Origin: an uncultured Verrucomicrobiae bacterium
Lineage (GTDB): Bacteria; Verrucomicrobiota; Verrucomicrobiia; Chthoniobacterales; JAFAMB01
Assembly: GCA_963837955.1 (NCBI GenBank)
Contig: CAWIPH010000002.1
Span: forward strand, 2,592,001-2,656,000
Direction of reading: 5' to 3'
Length of the DNA: 64,000 bases
The position numbers and the translations under genes are program-made. Shown one piece after another: positions 20,340-30,498 of the stretch; positions within the stretch are counted from its first letter, which is position 1; each line of letters starts with the position of its first letter. Under the pieces are notes generated by a model. The model searched no databases, was not told where the DNA came from, and saw only the letters and a list, made by a program, of their open reading frames with translations.

Positions 20340-21107
20340 ATGTCATCGAAAAATTTATTTGATCTAAGTGGACGTGTTGCTGTGGTAACCGGCGGGAATG
20401 GCGGGATCGGTCGCGGGATTGCCTTGGGCTTGGCTCAAGCGGGCTCCGCAGTTGCGGTTCTGGCCCGCAACGAAGAAAAAAACCAGCGCGTGGTAGGCGA
20501 ACTTGAGGCCCTGGGTGTCCCTGCGGTCGCTGTGAAAACCGATCTGGCCGACCGCTCGCAATTACCGGCTGTCCTCCAAGAAGTCGAGAACAAGCTGGGG
20601 CCAATCAATATTCTGGTCAACAATGCCGGTATAGCTGTTCTGGGCGGTGTCCTCGAGCTTAATCCCGCGGACTGGGACCGGGTGTTTGAAACCAATGTGA
20701 ACGCTTGTTTCCTGCTTTCGAAACTCGTGGCCCGCTCAATGGTTCAACAGGGTCGAGGAAAAATTATCAACATCGCCAGCGAACTAGCCCTGTTCGGCTC
20801 AGAACACGTTCCATCTTACAGCGCCTCCAAGGGTGCTTTGGTGCAACTCACAAAATCCACGGCAATCGAACTCGCAAAATTCAATATCCAGGTAAACGCC
20901 ATCGCACCCGGGTTCATCGACACCGACATGGTAGCGCCCCTCAAGGAAATGCCAATGTACGACGACATCATCAAACGAACCCCGGCCGGCCGTTTTGGCG
21001 CGCCAGAAGAATGCGCAGGAACCGCCGTTTACCTAGCCTCGCACGCCTCCGATTTTGTAACCGGTACCACTCTTTACCTCGATGGCGGGTTCGCGATACG
21101 GCCATGA
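20340..21107 (+). CDS. SDR oxidoreductase (KduD/gluconate 5-dehydrogenase-like)
   Basis: TGGNGGIG, NNAG, YSASK, VNAIAPG, DGG. Confidence 0.92.
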   Translation: MSSKNLFDLSGRVAVVTGGNGGIGRGIALGLAQAGSAVAVLARNEEKNQRVVGELEALGVPAVAVKTDLADRSQLPAVLQEVENKLGPINILVNNAGIAVLGGVLELNPADWDRVFETNVNACFLLSKLVARSMVQQGRGKIINIASELALFGSEHVPSYSASKGALVQLTKSTAIELAKFNIQVNAIAPGFIDTDMVAPLKEMPMYDDIIKRTPAGRFGAPEECAGTAVYLASHASDFVTGTTLYLDGGFAIRP

Positions 21108-22024
21108 CATTCGACTACGGTTCCGAAACACCGCCAAGGGAATTCGTAAACCCTCCGACTCTATTGAAGTCCATCGGGCTTCCTAGGGGTCAGGTGAAAC
21201 TCTTGAATTTCCGGGCGAAGCTTTCTGATGTGTGGCAGTGCGCGGATGCGTTGCCGCTGCACCACCCAAAGCAACATGTCGTGTGCCTCCACCACTTCAA
21301 GGAGCCAATGAAATTCGATCGAAGTTTAGACGGACGGACCAGACGGGAAATTACGGCCGAAGGGGACATTGCTTTCCTCCCCGCTGATGCACCGACCATG
21401 CTTCGTCCGGTTTTGAGCGATCAGCACCGGTTTTTGTCTTACAGCTATCTAATTGTCGAACCTGCCTATCTAGTAGAGATGGCGTTATCCAACGGAATCA
21501 GCCGCCAACTCGACTTCATACCAACATTTGCGACAGCTGATCCTCTGCTGCATGAAATCACCGCGGCTCTTACCATTCTATCAGCGATCCCGGACCCGGC
21601 GGAGCACCTCTTTATCGAAGCCATGCTGAACGCGGTATGTGCGCAAATTCTCCGCAACTACGCCGAAGTTCGATATCCGCTCTCTGGTCCGCCACGGCTG
21701 ACTAACGATCAACTACGTAGGGCACTCGAATATATCCATGCAAATTTAAGCGAATCTCTTGATCTGGGTTCGATTTCTCGAGCTGCCGGTTTGAGCGCGT
21801 TTCACTTTGCCCGCCTGTTCAAAGAGGCGACCGGAGAACCCCCTTTCCAGTTCGTAACTCGCACGCGAATGCAACGGGCAAAACAGCTTCTCCGCAAAAC
21901 TCGCCTGCCTATATTCGAAATCGCTAAGCGCGTTGGTTACCGAAAGCCAAGCCACTTTAGCGCCCGATTCCGGGTTGTTTGCGGATGTGGTCCGGATATT
22001 TACCGCCGAAGAGCTCAATTCTAA
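21104..22024 (+). CDS. AraC family transcriptional regulator (paralog of 16531-17487)
   Basis: ATGA overlap with the SDR stop; HHPKQHVVCLHHF...DFIPTFATADP...AGLSAFHFARLFK. Confidence 0.92.
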   Translation: MTFDYGSETPPREFVNPPTLLKSIGLPRGQVKLLNFRAKLSDVWQCADALPLHHPKQHVVCLHHFKEPMKFDRSLDGRTRREITAEGDIAFLPADAPTMLRPVLSDQHRFLSYSYLIVEPAYLVEMALSNGISRQLDFIPTFATADPLLHEITAALTILSAIPDPAEHLFIEAMLNAVCAQILRNYAEVRYPLSGPPRLTNDQLRRALEYIHANLSESLDLGSISRAAGLSAFHFARLFKEATGEPPFQFVTRTRMQRAKQLLRKTRLPIFEIAKRVGYRKPSHFSARFRVVCGCGPDIYRRRAQF

Positions 22025-22048
22025 CATTTCTCGGTAGACCCGAACGGC

Positions 22049-23026
22049 TCACGATTTGCTTTTGCTTTTCGACTCGGGAGCTGGGCGCGGCTTGCCCACT
22101 CGCTCCTGGTTCCCATCGTTTCCCGAATTTGTAAACTCTTTCAAGACTTTTACGAATTGTTGTGCCGCTGCAGGTAATTCTACCTGTTTGTTCCAGATCA
22201 CGAACACTTCAAACCTCCGCTTTGTTGTCTCCAAGAGTTGGAAATTAATTCCTTGCGGATGGGAGGTCACAGCGATCGCAGGCGCTAACCAAACACCTCG
22301 CCCTGCCGTCACCATGCTGACGATATCCTCCTTGGAGTTTGCGATCGCCTCAACGTGGGGTTCAAATCCAGCGATCTCCTGACAAAGCTCGTGAATCAAG
22401 TTTGCGTGTATAGGACTAACCTCGGGAGCAAAGGCTAGGAACCTGTCATTGCGAAAGTCCGTAAGCACTGGGGTGTGGTGGTTGGGAAAGCGGCGATGTG
22501 CTGAATAAATGATGCCGAAGGGTGATCGTAACAACAATTCGGTCGCCAGCAACTGACGAGTGTCTTCATCTACACCTTCGTCCAAATACCCTATTCCTAA
22601 CATAATTAATCCATCCAACAACGCCTCGGCCTGCGCGTGGGAATTCATGTGACTGACGGTCACCTCGACCAAAGGATACCGTGCGCGAAACGCGGCCAAC
22701 GCGCCCGGCAAAAACCTTTGCGTCAGTAAACCGATATTGCCGATCACCAGTCTGCCTCTTTCACCCTTCGCAACCTCCTGCGCCTGAGCTGCGGCCCTGC
22801 GAATGCTACTCAAGGCCTGACGTATACCGGACAGAAAAACTCGCCCCGCCTCTGTTAGCTCGATTTGCCGCGAGCTCCGTTTAAATAGTTTCATGCCCAG
22901 CTCACTCTCTAGATTAGCGATTTGCTGGCTGAGCGACGGGTGAGAAAGATGGAGGCGGTTGGCGGCGCGTCGAAAACTCAATTCCTCAGCAATAGCGACG
23001 AAATATTGAAGCTGTCGCAGCTCCAT
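22049..23026 (-). CDS. LysR family transcriptional regulator
   Basis: MELRQLQYFVAIAEELSFRRAANRLHLSHPSLSQQIANLESELGMKLF.R. Confidence 0.95.
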   Translation of the reverse strand: MELRQLQYFVAIAEELSFRRAANRLHLSHPSLSQQIANLESELGMKLFKRSSRQIELTEAGRVFLSGIRQALSSIRRAAAQAQEVAKGERGRLVIGNIGLLTQRFLPGALAAFRARYPLVEVTVSHMNSHAQAEALLDGLIMLGIGYLDEGVDEDTRQLLATELLLRSPFGIIYSAHRRFPNHHTPVLTDFRNDRFLAFAPEVSPIHANLIHELCQEIAGFEPHVEAIANSKEDIVSMVTAGRGVWLAPAIAVTSHPQGINFQLLETTKRRFEVFVIWNKQVELPAAAQQFVKVLKEFTNSGNDGNQERVGKPRPAPESKSKSKS

Positions 23027-23037
23027 AGCGAGTTACT

Positions 23038-23054
23038 GGTAGGTCAGTCCTACC
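23038..23054. promoter_or_regulatory. LysR-type T-N11-A palindromic box
   Basis: ggtaggtcagtcctacc between divergent lysR and GMC genes; related copy at 31195-31211. Confidence 0.7.
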
Positions 23055-23179
23055 ACTGCGGCAAGAACTAATTAATCGTTGATTTCGGTGATCGGACCCA
23101 TTCTGTGCCAACGCTTCGATTGAGAGAATCAGACGAAGCCGGTCAAAACTGAGGTTTTCCAAGGGAATGCAGAAACTAT

Positions 23180-24823
23180 ATGAAAATTGATTCAAACATT
23201 GGCGCGAATCCTGAACCCGATGATCAAGGGCCGGATTTTGCCGAGCGGATAAAGGCAAATCAAACGAGGCTTAGATCTGCGCTCAAGCCATATTACGACT
23301 TTATCGTTTGCGGATCCGGCTCCTCCGGATCGGTAGTAGCGCGGCGGTTAGCTGAAAATCCAAATGTTAGTGTTTTACTGCTGGAGGCAGGCGGCGAGGA
23401 CGGCATCCCCGATGTGATGGAGGCTGCCCATTGGCCGCTGAACCTCGGGAGTGATCGGGATTGGAGCTTCCAAAGCCAACCTGATCCGGGTGTCAACGGT
23501 CGCTCGATTCCTTTGTCCATGGGCAAGGTCCTTGGCGGCGGATCGAGCATCAATGTGATGGTTTGGGCGCGCGGGCATAAGAACGATTGGGATTTCTTTG
23601 CAGCAGAAGCGGGAGATCCAGCCTGGAGTTATGAATCGGTACTTAGCATTTATCGCCGTATCGAAGACTGGCATGGCGCTCCAGACCCGAAATATCGGGG
23701 AACGGGCGGCCCGGTTTTTGTAGAGCCAGCTCCTGATCCTAACCCGATTGCTCCAGCCTTTGTGGAAGGAGCACGATTGCTGGGTATCCCAACCTTTGAA
23801 AATCAGAATGGCCGTATGATGGAAGGTAATGGTGGTGCTTCCATCGCGGATATTCGCGCTCGCCTTGGAAAACGGCAGTCTGTGTTCCGCTCGTATGTCT
23901 ATCCGTATCTGGATCGGCCTAACTTGACGGTTCTGACTTATGCGGCGGTGACGCGACTGACACTTGGGGGCAAACGAGTGACGGGTGTTGAGTTCTCCTA
24001 CGGCGGAAAAACCCACCGCGTTAGTGCGGGACTCGAGGTAGTCCTTTCGCTTGGCGCAATCCATACTCCTAAGCTGTTGATGCAATCCGGTATCGGAGAC
24101 CGAGCCGAGTTGCAGCGTCACGGAATCCCGATTGTGCAGCACCTACCCGGTGTTGGCCAGAACTTTCAAGACCACGTCGGTTTTGATTGCGTCTGGGAAT
24201 ATCCAAAGGCGCTACCGCCGCGGAACAACATGGGCGAGGCAACTTACTTTTGGAAGAGCGATTCTGGCCTGGATACTCCGGATTTGCAGACCTGCCAATG
24301 TGAGGTTCCAAAAGCGAGCCCGGAGAATATCGCTAGGTACGGTTTACCGGCGGCTGGATGGACATTGTTCGGAGGCGTTGTACGGCCCAAAAGCAGAGGT
24401 TCTCTTCGTCTGACCGGTCCCAATCCACTAGATCCCATTCGGATCGAAGCCAATTTCTTGTCTCACCCAGATGATCTGAAGGCCGCGATAGCCTGCGTAG
24501 AACTCTGCCGTGAAGTGGGCAACTCCATGCCACTTCGACCGTTTATCAAACGAGAGGTGATGCCGGGCAACCTGAAAGGTGCGGAACTGGAAGAGTTTAT
24601 TCGCAATTCCGCTATGACCTACTGGCATCAAACCTGCACCGCGAAGATGGGCCAGGGTCCCATGTCAGTGGTTGACGGAAACCTTCGGGTCTATGGAGTC
24701 GAGAGACTTCGTATTGCCGATGGGTCCATTATGCCACGCATAACGACCGGCAACACCATGGCTCCCTGCATCATTATCGGCGAACGTGCTGGAGAAGTAT
24801 TGAAAGCCGATCACAACATATGA
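23180..24823 (+). CDS. GMC family FAD oxidoreductase (choline dehydrogenase-like)
   Basis: GSGSSG, GKVLGGGSSIN, VGQNFQDH, YWHQTCTAKMG, LRIADGSIMP...GNT. Confidence 0.95.
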   Translation: MKIDSNIGANPEPDDQGPDFAERIKANQTRLRSALKPYYDFIVCGSGSSGSVVARRLAENPNVSVLLLEAGGEDGIPDVMEAAHWPLNLGSDRDWSFQSQPDPGVNGRSIPLSMGKVLGGGSSINVMVWARGHKNDWDFFAAEAGDPAWSYESVLSIYRRIEDWHGAPDPKYRGTGGPVFVEPAPDPNPIAPAFVEGARLLGIPTFENQNGRMMEGNGGASIADIRARLGKRQSVFRSYVYPYLDRPNLTVLTYAAVTRLTLGGKRVTGVEFSYGGKTHRVSAGLEVVLSLGAIHTPKLLMQSGIGDRAELQRHGIPIVQHLPGVGQNFQDHVGFDCVWEYPKALPPRNNMGEATYFWKSDSGLDTPDLQTCQCEVPKASPENIARYGLPAAGWTLFGGVVRPKSRGSLRLTGPNPLDPIRIEANFLSHPDDLKAAIACVELCREVGNSMPLRPFIKREVMPGNLKGAELEEFIRNSAMTYWHQTCTAKMGQGPMSVVDGNLRVYGVERLRIADGSIMPRITTGNTMAPCIIIGERAGEVLKADHNI

Positions 24824-24884
24824 ACTAACCCGTTTGCAGTTAGATGAACTGTCCTCTGAACAAATCAGTAATTGATCACGCATT

Positions 24885-25982
24885 ATGGAAGCAGTTGAAA
24901 CCGTCTCTGCGCCGACCAACCGGTCGGTGAAGCGATCTATTTGGAAACGGGCACTAACTATTAGAGACTGGATGTTTTTAGTTGGCGCGCTCGTCAGCAT
25001 TATTAGCGGAGTGGCTTATTGCAACTATTTGAGCCGGTTCGAAGAAACCGATGATGCGTATGTTACCGGACATGAACATCCAGTTAGTTTTCGGGTGGCC
25101 GGAATCATCTCCGCAGTACTGGTCGATGATAACCAGTTATTGAAACAGGGGCAGCCGATTGCAACGTTAGATCCGAAAGACTACGAAGTGGCACTCTCTC
25201 AGGCCCGGGCAGATTTGGAAAGGGCTAGGGCTCAGCTTAGCCAGAGTCAGGCACAACGGGTCCAAGCCGCCGCGGAGTGGAGACAAGCAGAAGCCCAGGC
25301 GGACGCGGCAAAGGCGCAGTCGGTAAATGCCAAGCGAACCTTTCAGAGAAATTCGCAGCTCTTCTACGAAGGCAAAGGGGTAATTTCCAAGCAGGACCTG
25401 GACAACACTCAATACCAGTCGGACGGAAACGAGGCGTTATACGATGCGGCTTTGGCTGAGGTTAACGTGGCCAAAGCCAAGCTGGAAGTGACAAACGCTT
25501 TGGAAAAGGCTGCCATGGCACAGCTCAACAGTGCGGCGGCTGCAGTGCAGAACGGAGAGCTACAACTGTCTTACACGACGGTCTACGCACCGGCCGATGG
25601 GCGGGTCGCCCAGAAGAAGTTTGAGACTGGTCAACACGTGCAGGCCGGTCAGGTCGGGCTCTCATTAGCTGAACCCAACGTATGGGTTCTCGCCAACTAT
25701 AAAGAAAACCAGCTAGGCAGGATTCGTCCTGGCCAATCGGTGGAGATCCGTATCGATGCGATACCAAACCGAAAGTTTCAGGGGAAGGTCGACAGTTTTC
25801 AGTTCGGAACGGGCGCGGTCTATGCGCTACTGCCTCCCGATAACGCCACCGGTAATTTCACCAAGATCGTTCAGCGCGTCCCCGTAAAGATCGTCTTCGA
25901 CGCAGCTAGTGTTCGCGGATACGAGCAGCTGATTGTTCCGGGCCTTTCAGTCGGGCCAAAGATACGAGTGAAGTGGCAATAG
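24885..25982 (+). CDS. EmrA/HlyD family efflux adaptor
   Basis: ETDDAYV, ANYKENQL, LLPPDNATGNFTKIVQRVPVKI. Confidence 0.93.
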   Translation: MEAVETVSAPTNRSVKRSIWKRALTIRDWMFLVGALVSIISGVAYCNYLSRFEETDDAYVTGHEHPVSFRVAGIISAVLVDDNQLLKQGQPIATLDPKDYEVALSQARADLERARAQLSQSQAQRVQAAAEWRQAEAQADAAKAQSVNAKRTFQRNSQLFYEGKGVISKQDLDNTQYQSDGNEALYDAALAEVNVAKAKLEVTNALEKAAMAQLNSAAAAVQNGELQLSYTTVYAPADGRVAQKKFETGQHVQAGQVGLSLAEPNVWVLANYKENQLGRIRPGQSVEIRIDAIPNRKFQGKVDSFQFGTGAVYALLPPDNATGNFTKIVQRVPVKIVFDAASVRGYEQLIVPGLSVGPKIRVKWQ

Positions 25983-26038
25983 GAGAATAGCAGGTAGTCG
26001 GAAAGAGAACAATTCGCATTAGAAAATGACCTCGTAAT

Positions 26039-27586
26039 ATGGCCTACGCTGAAGAACGGATAGCAGACTTTCGGACCTGGGTCGGAGTGGTTGGTACCAT
26101 GCTTGGCGCCTTTATGGCGATAGTCGACATTCATATAACCAATGCGTCGCTACGAGATATCACCGGAGGACTTGGTGTTACTTCAGACGAGGGTTCGTGG
26201 CTAGCGACGAGTTACTTAATTGGGGAAATCGTCACTATTCCGCTAACCGCCTGGCTGACCAGGGTCTTTAGCCTCCGCTGGTATTTGCTAGTCAATACCA
26301 CGTTATTTCTGGTTTTCTCGTGCTGCTGTGGCCTTGCTCGAGGTCTTGGTGAGATGATTCTGTTTCGGGCCTGCCAGGGTTTTACCGGTGGTGTTCTGAT
26401 TCCGATGGCGTTCACGGTTGCGCTCTCGACACTTCCTAAAAGCAAGCATCCGATCGGATTGGTCCTGTTTGGGATGGCCGCCACCCTCGCTCCTGCCATC
26501 GGACCGAGCGCTGGGGGATGGTTAACCAGTAACTATGGGTGGCCCTGGGTGTTCTACGTCAATCTGTTTCCGGGAGTGCTGACGCTCGGTTCAATCTTTT
26601 TCGCCATCGGGCCGGCTTCGCTCCAGCTGAATGAATTACGTGATGGCGATTGGCCTGGCATCGCTTGTATGGCAATTGGGCTCGGATCGCTCATCGCATT
26701 GTTGGAGGAAGGCCAGCGTGACGATTGGTTTGGCAGTCAGTTCATCCAATTTTGTACTGTCCTAGCTGCGATCTTCATTCCGGCCTTTGTCCTGATTGAA
26801 TTAGTGCGGAAAAAACCTTTCGTTAATCTTCGTCTTGCCGCCACCCGTAACCTGGGCGTCGCATCGGCAGCTAACTTTGGACTTGGGTTCGCGCTCTACG
26901 GCTCCGTCTATGTATTGCCCCAATATCTGTTCACCGTTCAAGGATACGATGCCCTCCAGACTGGACAAGCGATGATCTGGGTCGGTCTTCCCCAGGTTTT
27001 GATTTTTCCTTTCGTACCCCGCCTGATGAAGTGGCTGGATCTCCGCGTACTTGTTTTCTTTGGGACCGCCGTCTTTGCCTTCAGTTGCTGGCTAAATACT
27101 TCCATGACCCACGATTATGCGGGTGAGCAATTGGCCGTCGCTAATGTCGTTCGAGCGCTCGGACAACCGTTTACTATTGTACCCCTGTCGGCTTTGGCTA
27201 CCTCGTTCTTGGAACCTAAGCAAATCGGAGACGGGTCTGCCATCTTTAGTATTGCTCGCAATCTGGGAGGGAGCGTTGGGACCGCAATCCTTGAGACGAT
27301 CATTATTCGTCGCGAGCAATTTTATGATTTTGAAATCGGGCAGCAGGTTAACCCATTGCGATCGGTCGTAGCGGCACGTCTTCAGACTCTGACGGATACT
27401 TTTGTGAGTAAAGGCTATGATTACAGCACGGCGAATCTGCAAGCCTGGCTGCAAATCAAAAATATGGTGAGGCGCGAAGCGTATGTCATGGCTTTCAACG
27501 ACGCGTTTTTTGTACTCGGGATTTCCTTACTTGTTTGTGCAACCCTAGTCTGGTTCTGCAGGAGAAAGATCCGCTCCGCTACATAG
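26039..27586 (+). CDS. DHA2 (EmrB/QacA) MFS efflux permease
   Basis: GAFMAIVDIHITNASL, WLATSYL, FRACQG, APAIGP..GGW, RNLGGSVG. Confidence 0.93.
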   Translation: MAYAEERIADFRTWVGVVGTMLGAFMAIVDIHITNASLRDITGGLGVTSDEGSWLATSYLIGEIVTIPLTAWLTRVFSLRWYLLVNTTLFLVFSCCCGLARGLGEMILFRACQGFTGGVLIPMAFTVALSTLPKSKHPIGLVLFGMAATLAPAIGPSAGGWLTSNYGWPWVFYVNLFPGVLTLGSIFFAIGPASLQLNELRDGDWPGIACMAIGLGSLIALLEEGQRDDWFGSQFIQFCTVLAAIFIPAFVLIELVRKKPFVNLRLAATRNLGVASAANFGLGFALYGSVYVLPQYLFTVQGYDALQTGQAMIWVGLPQVLIFPFVPRLMKWLDLRVLVFFGTAVFAFSCWLNTSMTHDYAGEQLAVANVVRALGQPFTIVPLSALATSFLEPKQIGDGSAIFSIARNLGGSVGTAILETIIIRREQFYDFEIGQQVNPLRSVVAARLQTLTDTFVSKGYDYSTANLQAWLQIKNMVRREAYVMAFNDAFFVLGISLLVCATLVWFCRRKIRSAT

Positions 27587-27647
27587 CAGGCTACTCGACG
27601 TTGCCTTGCGACCCTAAAGTCCGCTTAGCGTCGCTAATTGTGAAGAG

Positions 27648-28928
27648 ATGAATCCCATTTTGAATGAAGTTTGTGTATCGGTAACAGCCGCTGTTACGCT
27701 GAGCCTTGTACCGGGTCTCCACTGGCATAGGCGTTTGTTTCGATTCGGGTGCGAACGAGGTACAGCGTTATGGATTTTTGCCGTGTTGGGATTGATAGAT
27801 GAAATTGCCGTCTCACGGCCCGGTTTTGTAAATGAGCGCATCGTGTTGGTCTGCGCAGCAGGTCTGTTATCGGGGCCGTGGGTAGGAACGGTGATAGGGC
27901 TATTTGTTGGCTGGTTGGCCGTTGCCATTCATAGTTTGCAGCTACCGGCGACGATGATCTATCTGTTGTGCGGAGGGTTGTCCGCGGGGTTGCTCAATCA
28001 GTGGCGCCCGAGGGTTGCAGCGCACCCGTTGACGGGATTCTGTCTGGCTTCTGGGATTTCATTTCTGCGCAGTTGGTTCGTGACCTTATTCGCTGCGGAC
28101 GAATCTATCGTGCGCGGCGTAATCGAGGAGATGGGTACGGCGGGCGTGCTGGGTTCAGGCACAGCATTAATCTTGGCTGTTATTGGGCGCGTGCATGAGC
28201 ATGAGAGGCAGTCTCAAGAGTTGGCCTTGGCGGAGACTCGCGCCCAGCAAACGCGCATGAATCCTCATTTTTTATTCAATGCCCTGAATACGGTGGCGGC
28301 TTTGGCCATGCTAGCGCCGAGTAAAGTGCCTCAGGCTACGGGTCGCTTACGGGAATTTCTTCGAGGTAGTTTCGACCAAGCGGAACGAACTCTGGTGCCC
28401 CTGCAAGAAGAGCTCGCGCTAGTGCGCGCCTATTTAGAAATCGAATCGCTGCGATATGGTAAGAAATTAACTGTCGAGCAGACAATTGATCCGGAGCTGT
28501 TGGAAGCGCTAGTACCGCCTTTTTCCTTCCAGCCTTTAGTGGAAAATGCGATCCAGCACGGGATTCGATCGTCCTCTGGATCTGGGCTGCTGCGACTTGC
28601 GATTCGCGCCATAGAACCGTGGCTAGAGATGAGCGTCAGCGATAACGGGCAGGGTGTGCATACGATGGAAGTCGAACGAGTTTTCTTTGCGGACCGGCAG
28701 CCGGTACATGCACTGGGCCTCTTACGCCGTCGACTGAGAGGATTGTTCGGCTGTTCGTTTCAGCTGGAGGCACATAGCGCGGTCGGAGAGGGGACGACGG
28801 TAGTCATGCGTATTCCGTTACAGACCGGAGACAAAGCTATAAGTAGGCAACGGAAACGATGGCTCGAAACTGTATTAAAATCATTAATAGGGGAGTCTAG
28901 CCATAAACTATTGGCTGGTACGCGATGA
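27648..28928 (+). CDS. LytS/YehU-type sensor histidine kinase, no adjacent response regulator
   Basis: N-terminal TM domain; MNPHFLFNALNT, YLEIESLRYG, QPLVENAIQHG, DNGQG. Confidence 0.9.
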   Translation: MNPILNEVCVSVTAAVTLSLVPGLHWHRRLFRFGCERGTALWIFAVLGLIDEIAVSRPGFVNERIVLVCAAGLLSGPWVGTVIGLFVGWLAVAIHSLQLPATMIYLLCGGLSAGLLNQWRPRVAAHPLTGFCLASGISFLRSWFVTLFAADESIVRGVIEEMGTAGVLGSGTALILAVIGRVHEHERQSQELALAETRAQQTRMNPHFLFNALNTVAALAMLAPSKVPQATGRLREFLRGSFDQAERTLVPLQEELALVRAYLEIESLRYGKKLTVEQTIDPELLEALVPPFSFQPLVENAIQHGIRSSSGSGLLRLAIRAIEPWLEMSVSDNGQGVHTMEVERVFFADRQPVHALGLLRRRLRGLFGCSFQLEAHSAVGEGTTVVMRIPLQTGDKAISRQRKRWLETVLKSLIGESSHKLLAGTR

Positions 28929-28953
28929 TCAGAACCAAGGTCGGGATTTTTAT

Positions 28954-29787
28954 ATGAAAAAAACAGTCTTAATCACCGGGACGTCCAGCGGCTTGGGTAA
29001 GGCCTGCGCAAAAGTTTTTGTGAAGAACGGCTGGAATGTTCTTGCTACCATGCGGCGACCGGACCGGGAAGAAGAGCTCACTAAACTCCGTGACGTGCTG
29101 GTGACCCGGCTCGATGTCGAAGACCAACTGACTATCAGGGAGGCCATTGAGGCCGGCATCGATCGCTTCGGGCGAATAGACGTGCTGATCAACAACGCCG
29201 GTTTCGGACTTTACGGCCCGTTTGAGGCGACTGCGCGGGGTAAAGTTATGGAGCAGTTTTCAGTTAACGTCTTTGGTGTAATGGACGTTACACGGGCCAT
29301 GCTGCCGCACTTCCGGAAGCATAGAGATGGCTTGATCATCAATATTAGCTCGGGCGCCGGCATCTTTGCCCTGCCGATGATATCGCCGTATTGCGCCTCG
29401 AAGTTTGCTCTCGAGGGATTTTCAGAGTCACTGTCCTACGAACTCGCTCCCTTCAATATTGTGGTGAAGATCGTCGAGCCCGGTGGTGTGAGCACCAGTT
29501 TCGGAAAAAGGAGTAGCGACGAGGCAGCTCAGAATGCGGCTTTGGCCGATTACGACGCTTTCGTGGCCGGCGCGAATGCGATCTTTGCGAAGCTGAGAGC
29601 ACAGCGACTGGCGAGCGACCAAGATGTCGCCCGGGTTATATTTGAGGCCGCTACTGATGGGACGACTCGGCTGCGTTATGTGGCCACTAATGACATTTTG
29701 CCGATCGTGAAGGCCAGGCGCGAGACGTCGGAAGAAAAATACATCGAGTTCATGCGATCTCAGTTTCTACCAAAGTTAGACTCCTGA
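28954..29787 (+). CDS. SDR oxidoreductase
   Basis: TGTSSGLG, NNAGFG, YCASKFALEGFSESL, VEPG. Confidence 0.93.
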   Translation: MKKTVLITGTSSGLGKACAKVFVKNGWNVLATMRRPDREEELTKLRDVLVTRLDVEDQLTIREAIEAGIDRFGRIDVLINNAGFGLYGPFEATARGKVMEQFSVNVFGVMDVTRAMLPHFRKHRDGLIINISSGAGIFALPMISPYCASKFALEGFSESLSYELAPFNIVVKIVEPGGVSTSFGKRSSDEAAQNAALADYDAFVAGANAIFAKLRAQRLASDQDVARVIFEAATDGTTRLRYVATNDILPIVKARRETSEEKYIEFMRSQFLPKLDS

Positions 29788-30090
29788 GAATGGGAACGTT
29801 ACCCAGAACCACGCTCCCATGACCGCAATCAACCAAGAAATCCACGCGACTATCGAACACACATTTGGCCGGCGTCTCCAAAACCAATTAACCCGTGCCA
29901 GCTCGTCCTCGAGTACTGTCTGACAGTGAAACTCAGCTTTTTGAAGCGGTTCGACAGGGGCTAGCTCATCATACTTCCAACGTTGATCGTCGTGTAGATC
30001 CGTCCAAAATCTACCTCGGCGTTCTCGAAATTTAATTCTTGGCCCAGAGAAGGTATACAAGTAGTTAGTTCCGGTTTCACTCTTCTTCAT
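29776..30090 (-). CDS. Hypothetical membrane protein, C-terminally truncated paralog of 11712-12176
   Basis: WTDLHDDQRWKYDELAPV...DELARVNWFWRRRP; ends after the first TM where it meets the SDR 3' end. Confidence 0.65.
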   Translation of the reverse strand: MKKSETGTNYLYTFSGPRIKFRERRGRFWTDLHDDQRWKYDELAPVEPLQKAEFHCQTVLEDELARVNWFWRRRPNVCSIVAWISWLIAVMGAWFWVTFPFSGV

Positions 30091-30498
30091 CTGTCTTACT
30101 TTCGAAGATTTTCTTGAAACGAAATGACCAGTCTCGGCTGCAGGCTGTACCAATTTATTCGACTCAGCCCCGGTTATGGATTTTCTGCAATAGAGCGGCA
30201 ATTTAGGTGGCAATGCCCGTTTTTTGACTCAACCGCCGTTATTATTAGCCGAAATGCCCATACTGATGGCCGCGTTTTCTTAACCGGCAGCTGCGCAAGA
30301 ATAAGAAACTATTCCGCAAGAATTGGGTGCCGACACTCGGGCACTGGTCGCCTACAGTTCTAACGGAGAGGTATTGAAATGAAATTAGATGACCACAAGG
30401 AAAGGCCGGATACGCACGGCTTTCTTAACGGCTGTTGCGCGAGCGAATCGCGCGTGGACCGCAAAGCGACTTACAACCGATCAACAGGAGATAAATAA

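Noticed and set aside
20705..21103. N-terminal extension giving a 439-aa AraC
   Set aside because: It overlaps the SDR in another frame. The paralog alignment and the ATGA overlap place the start at 21104.
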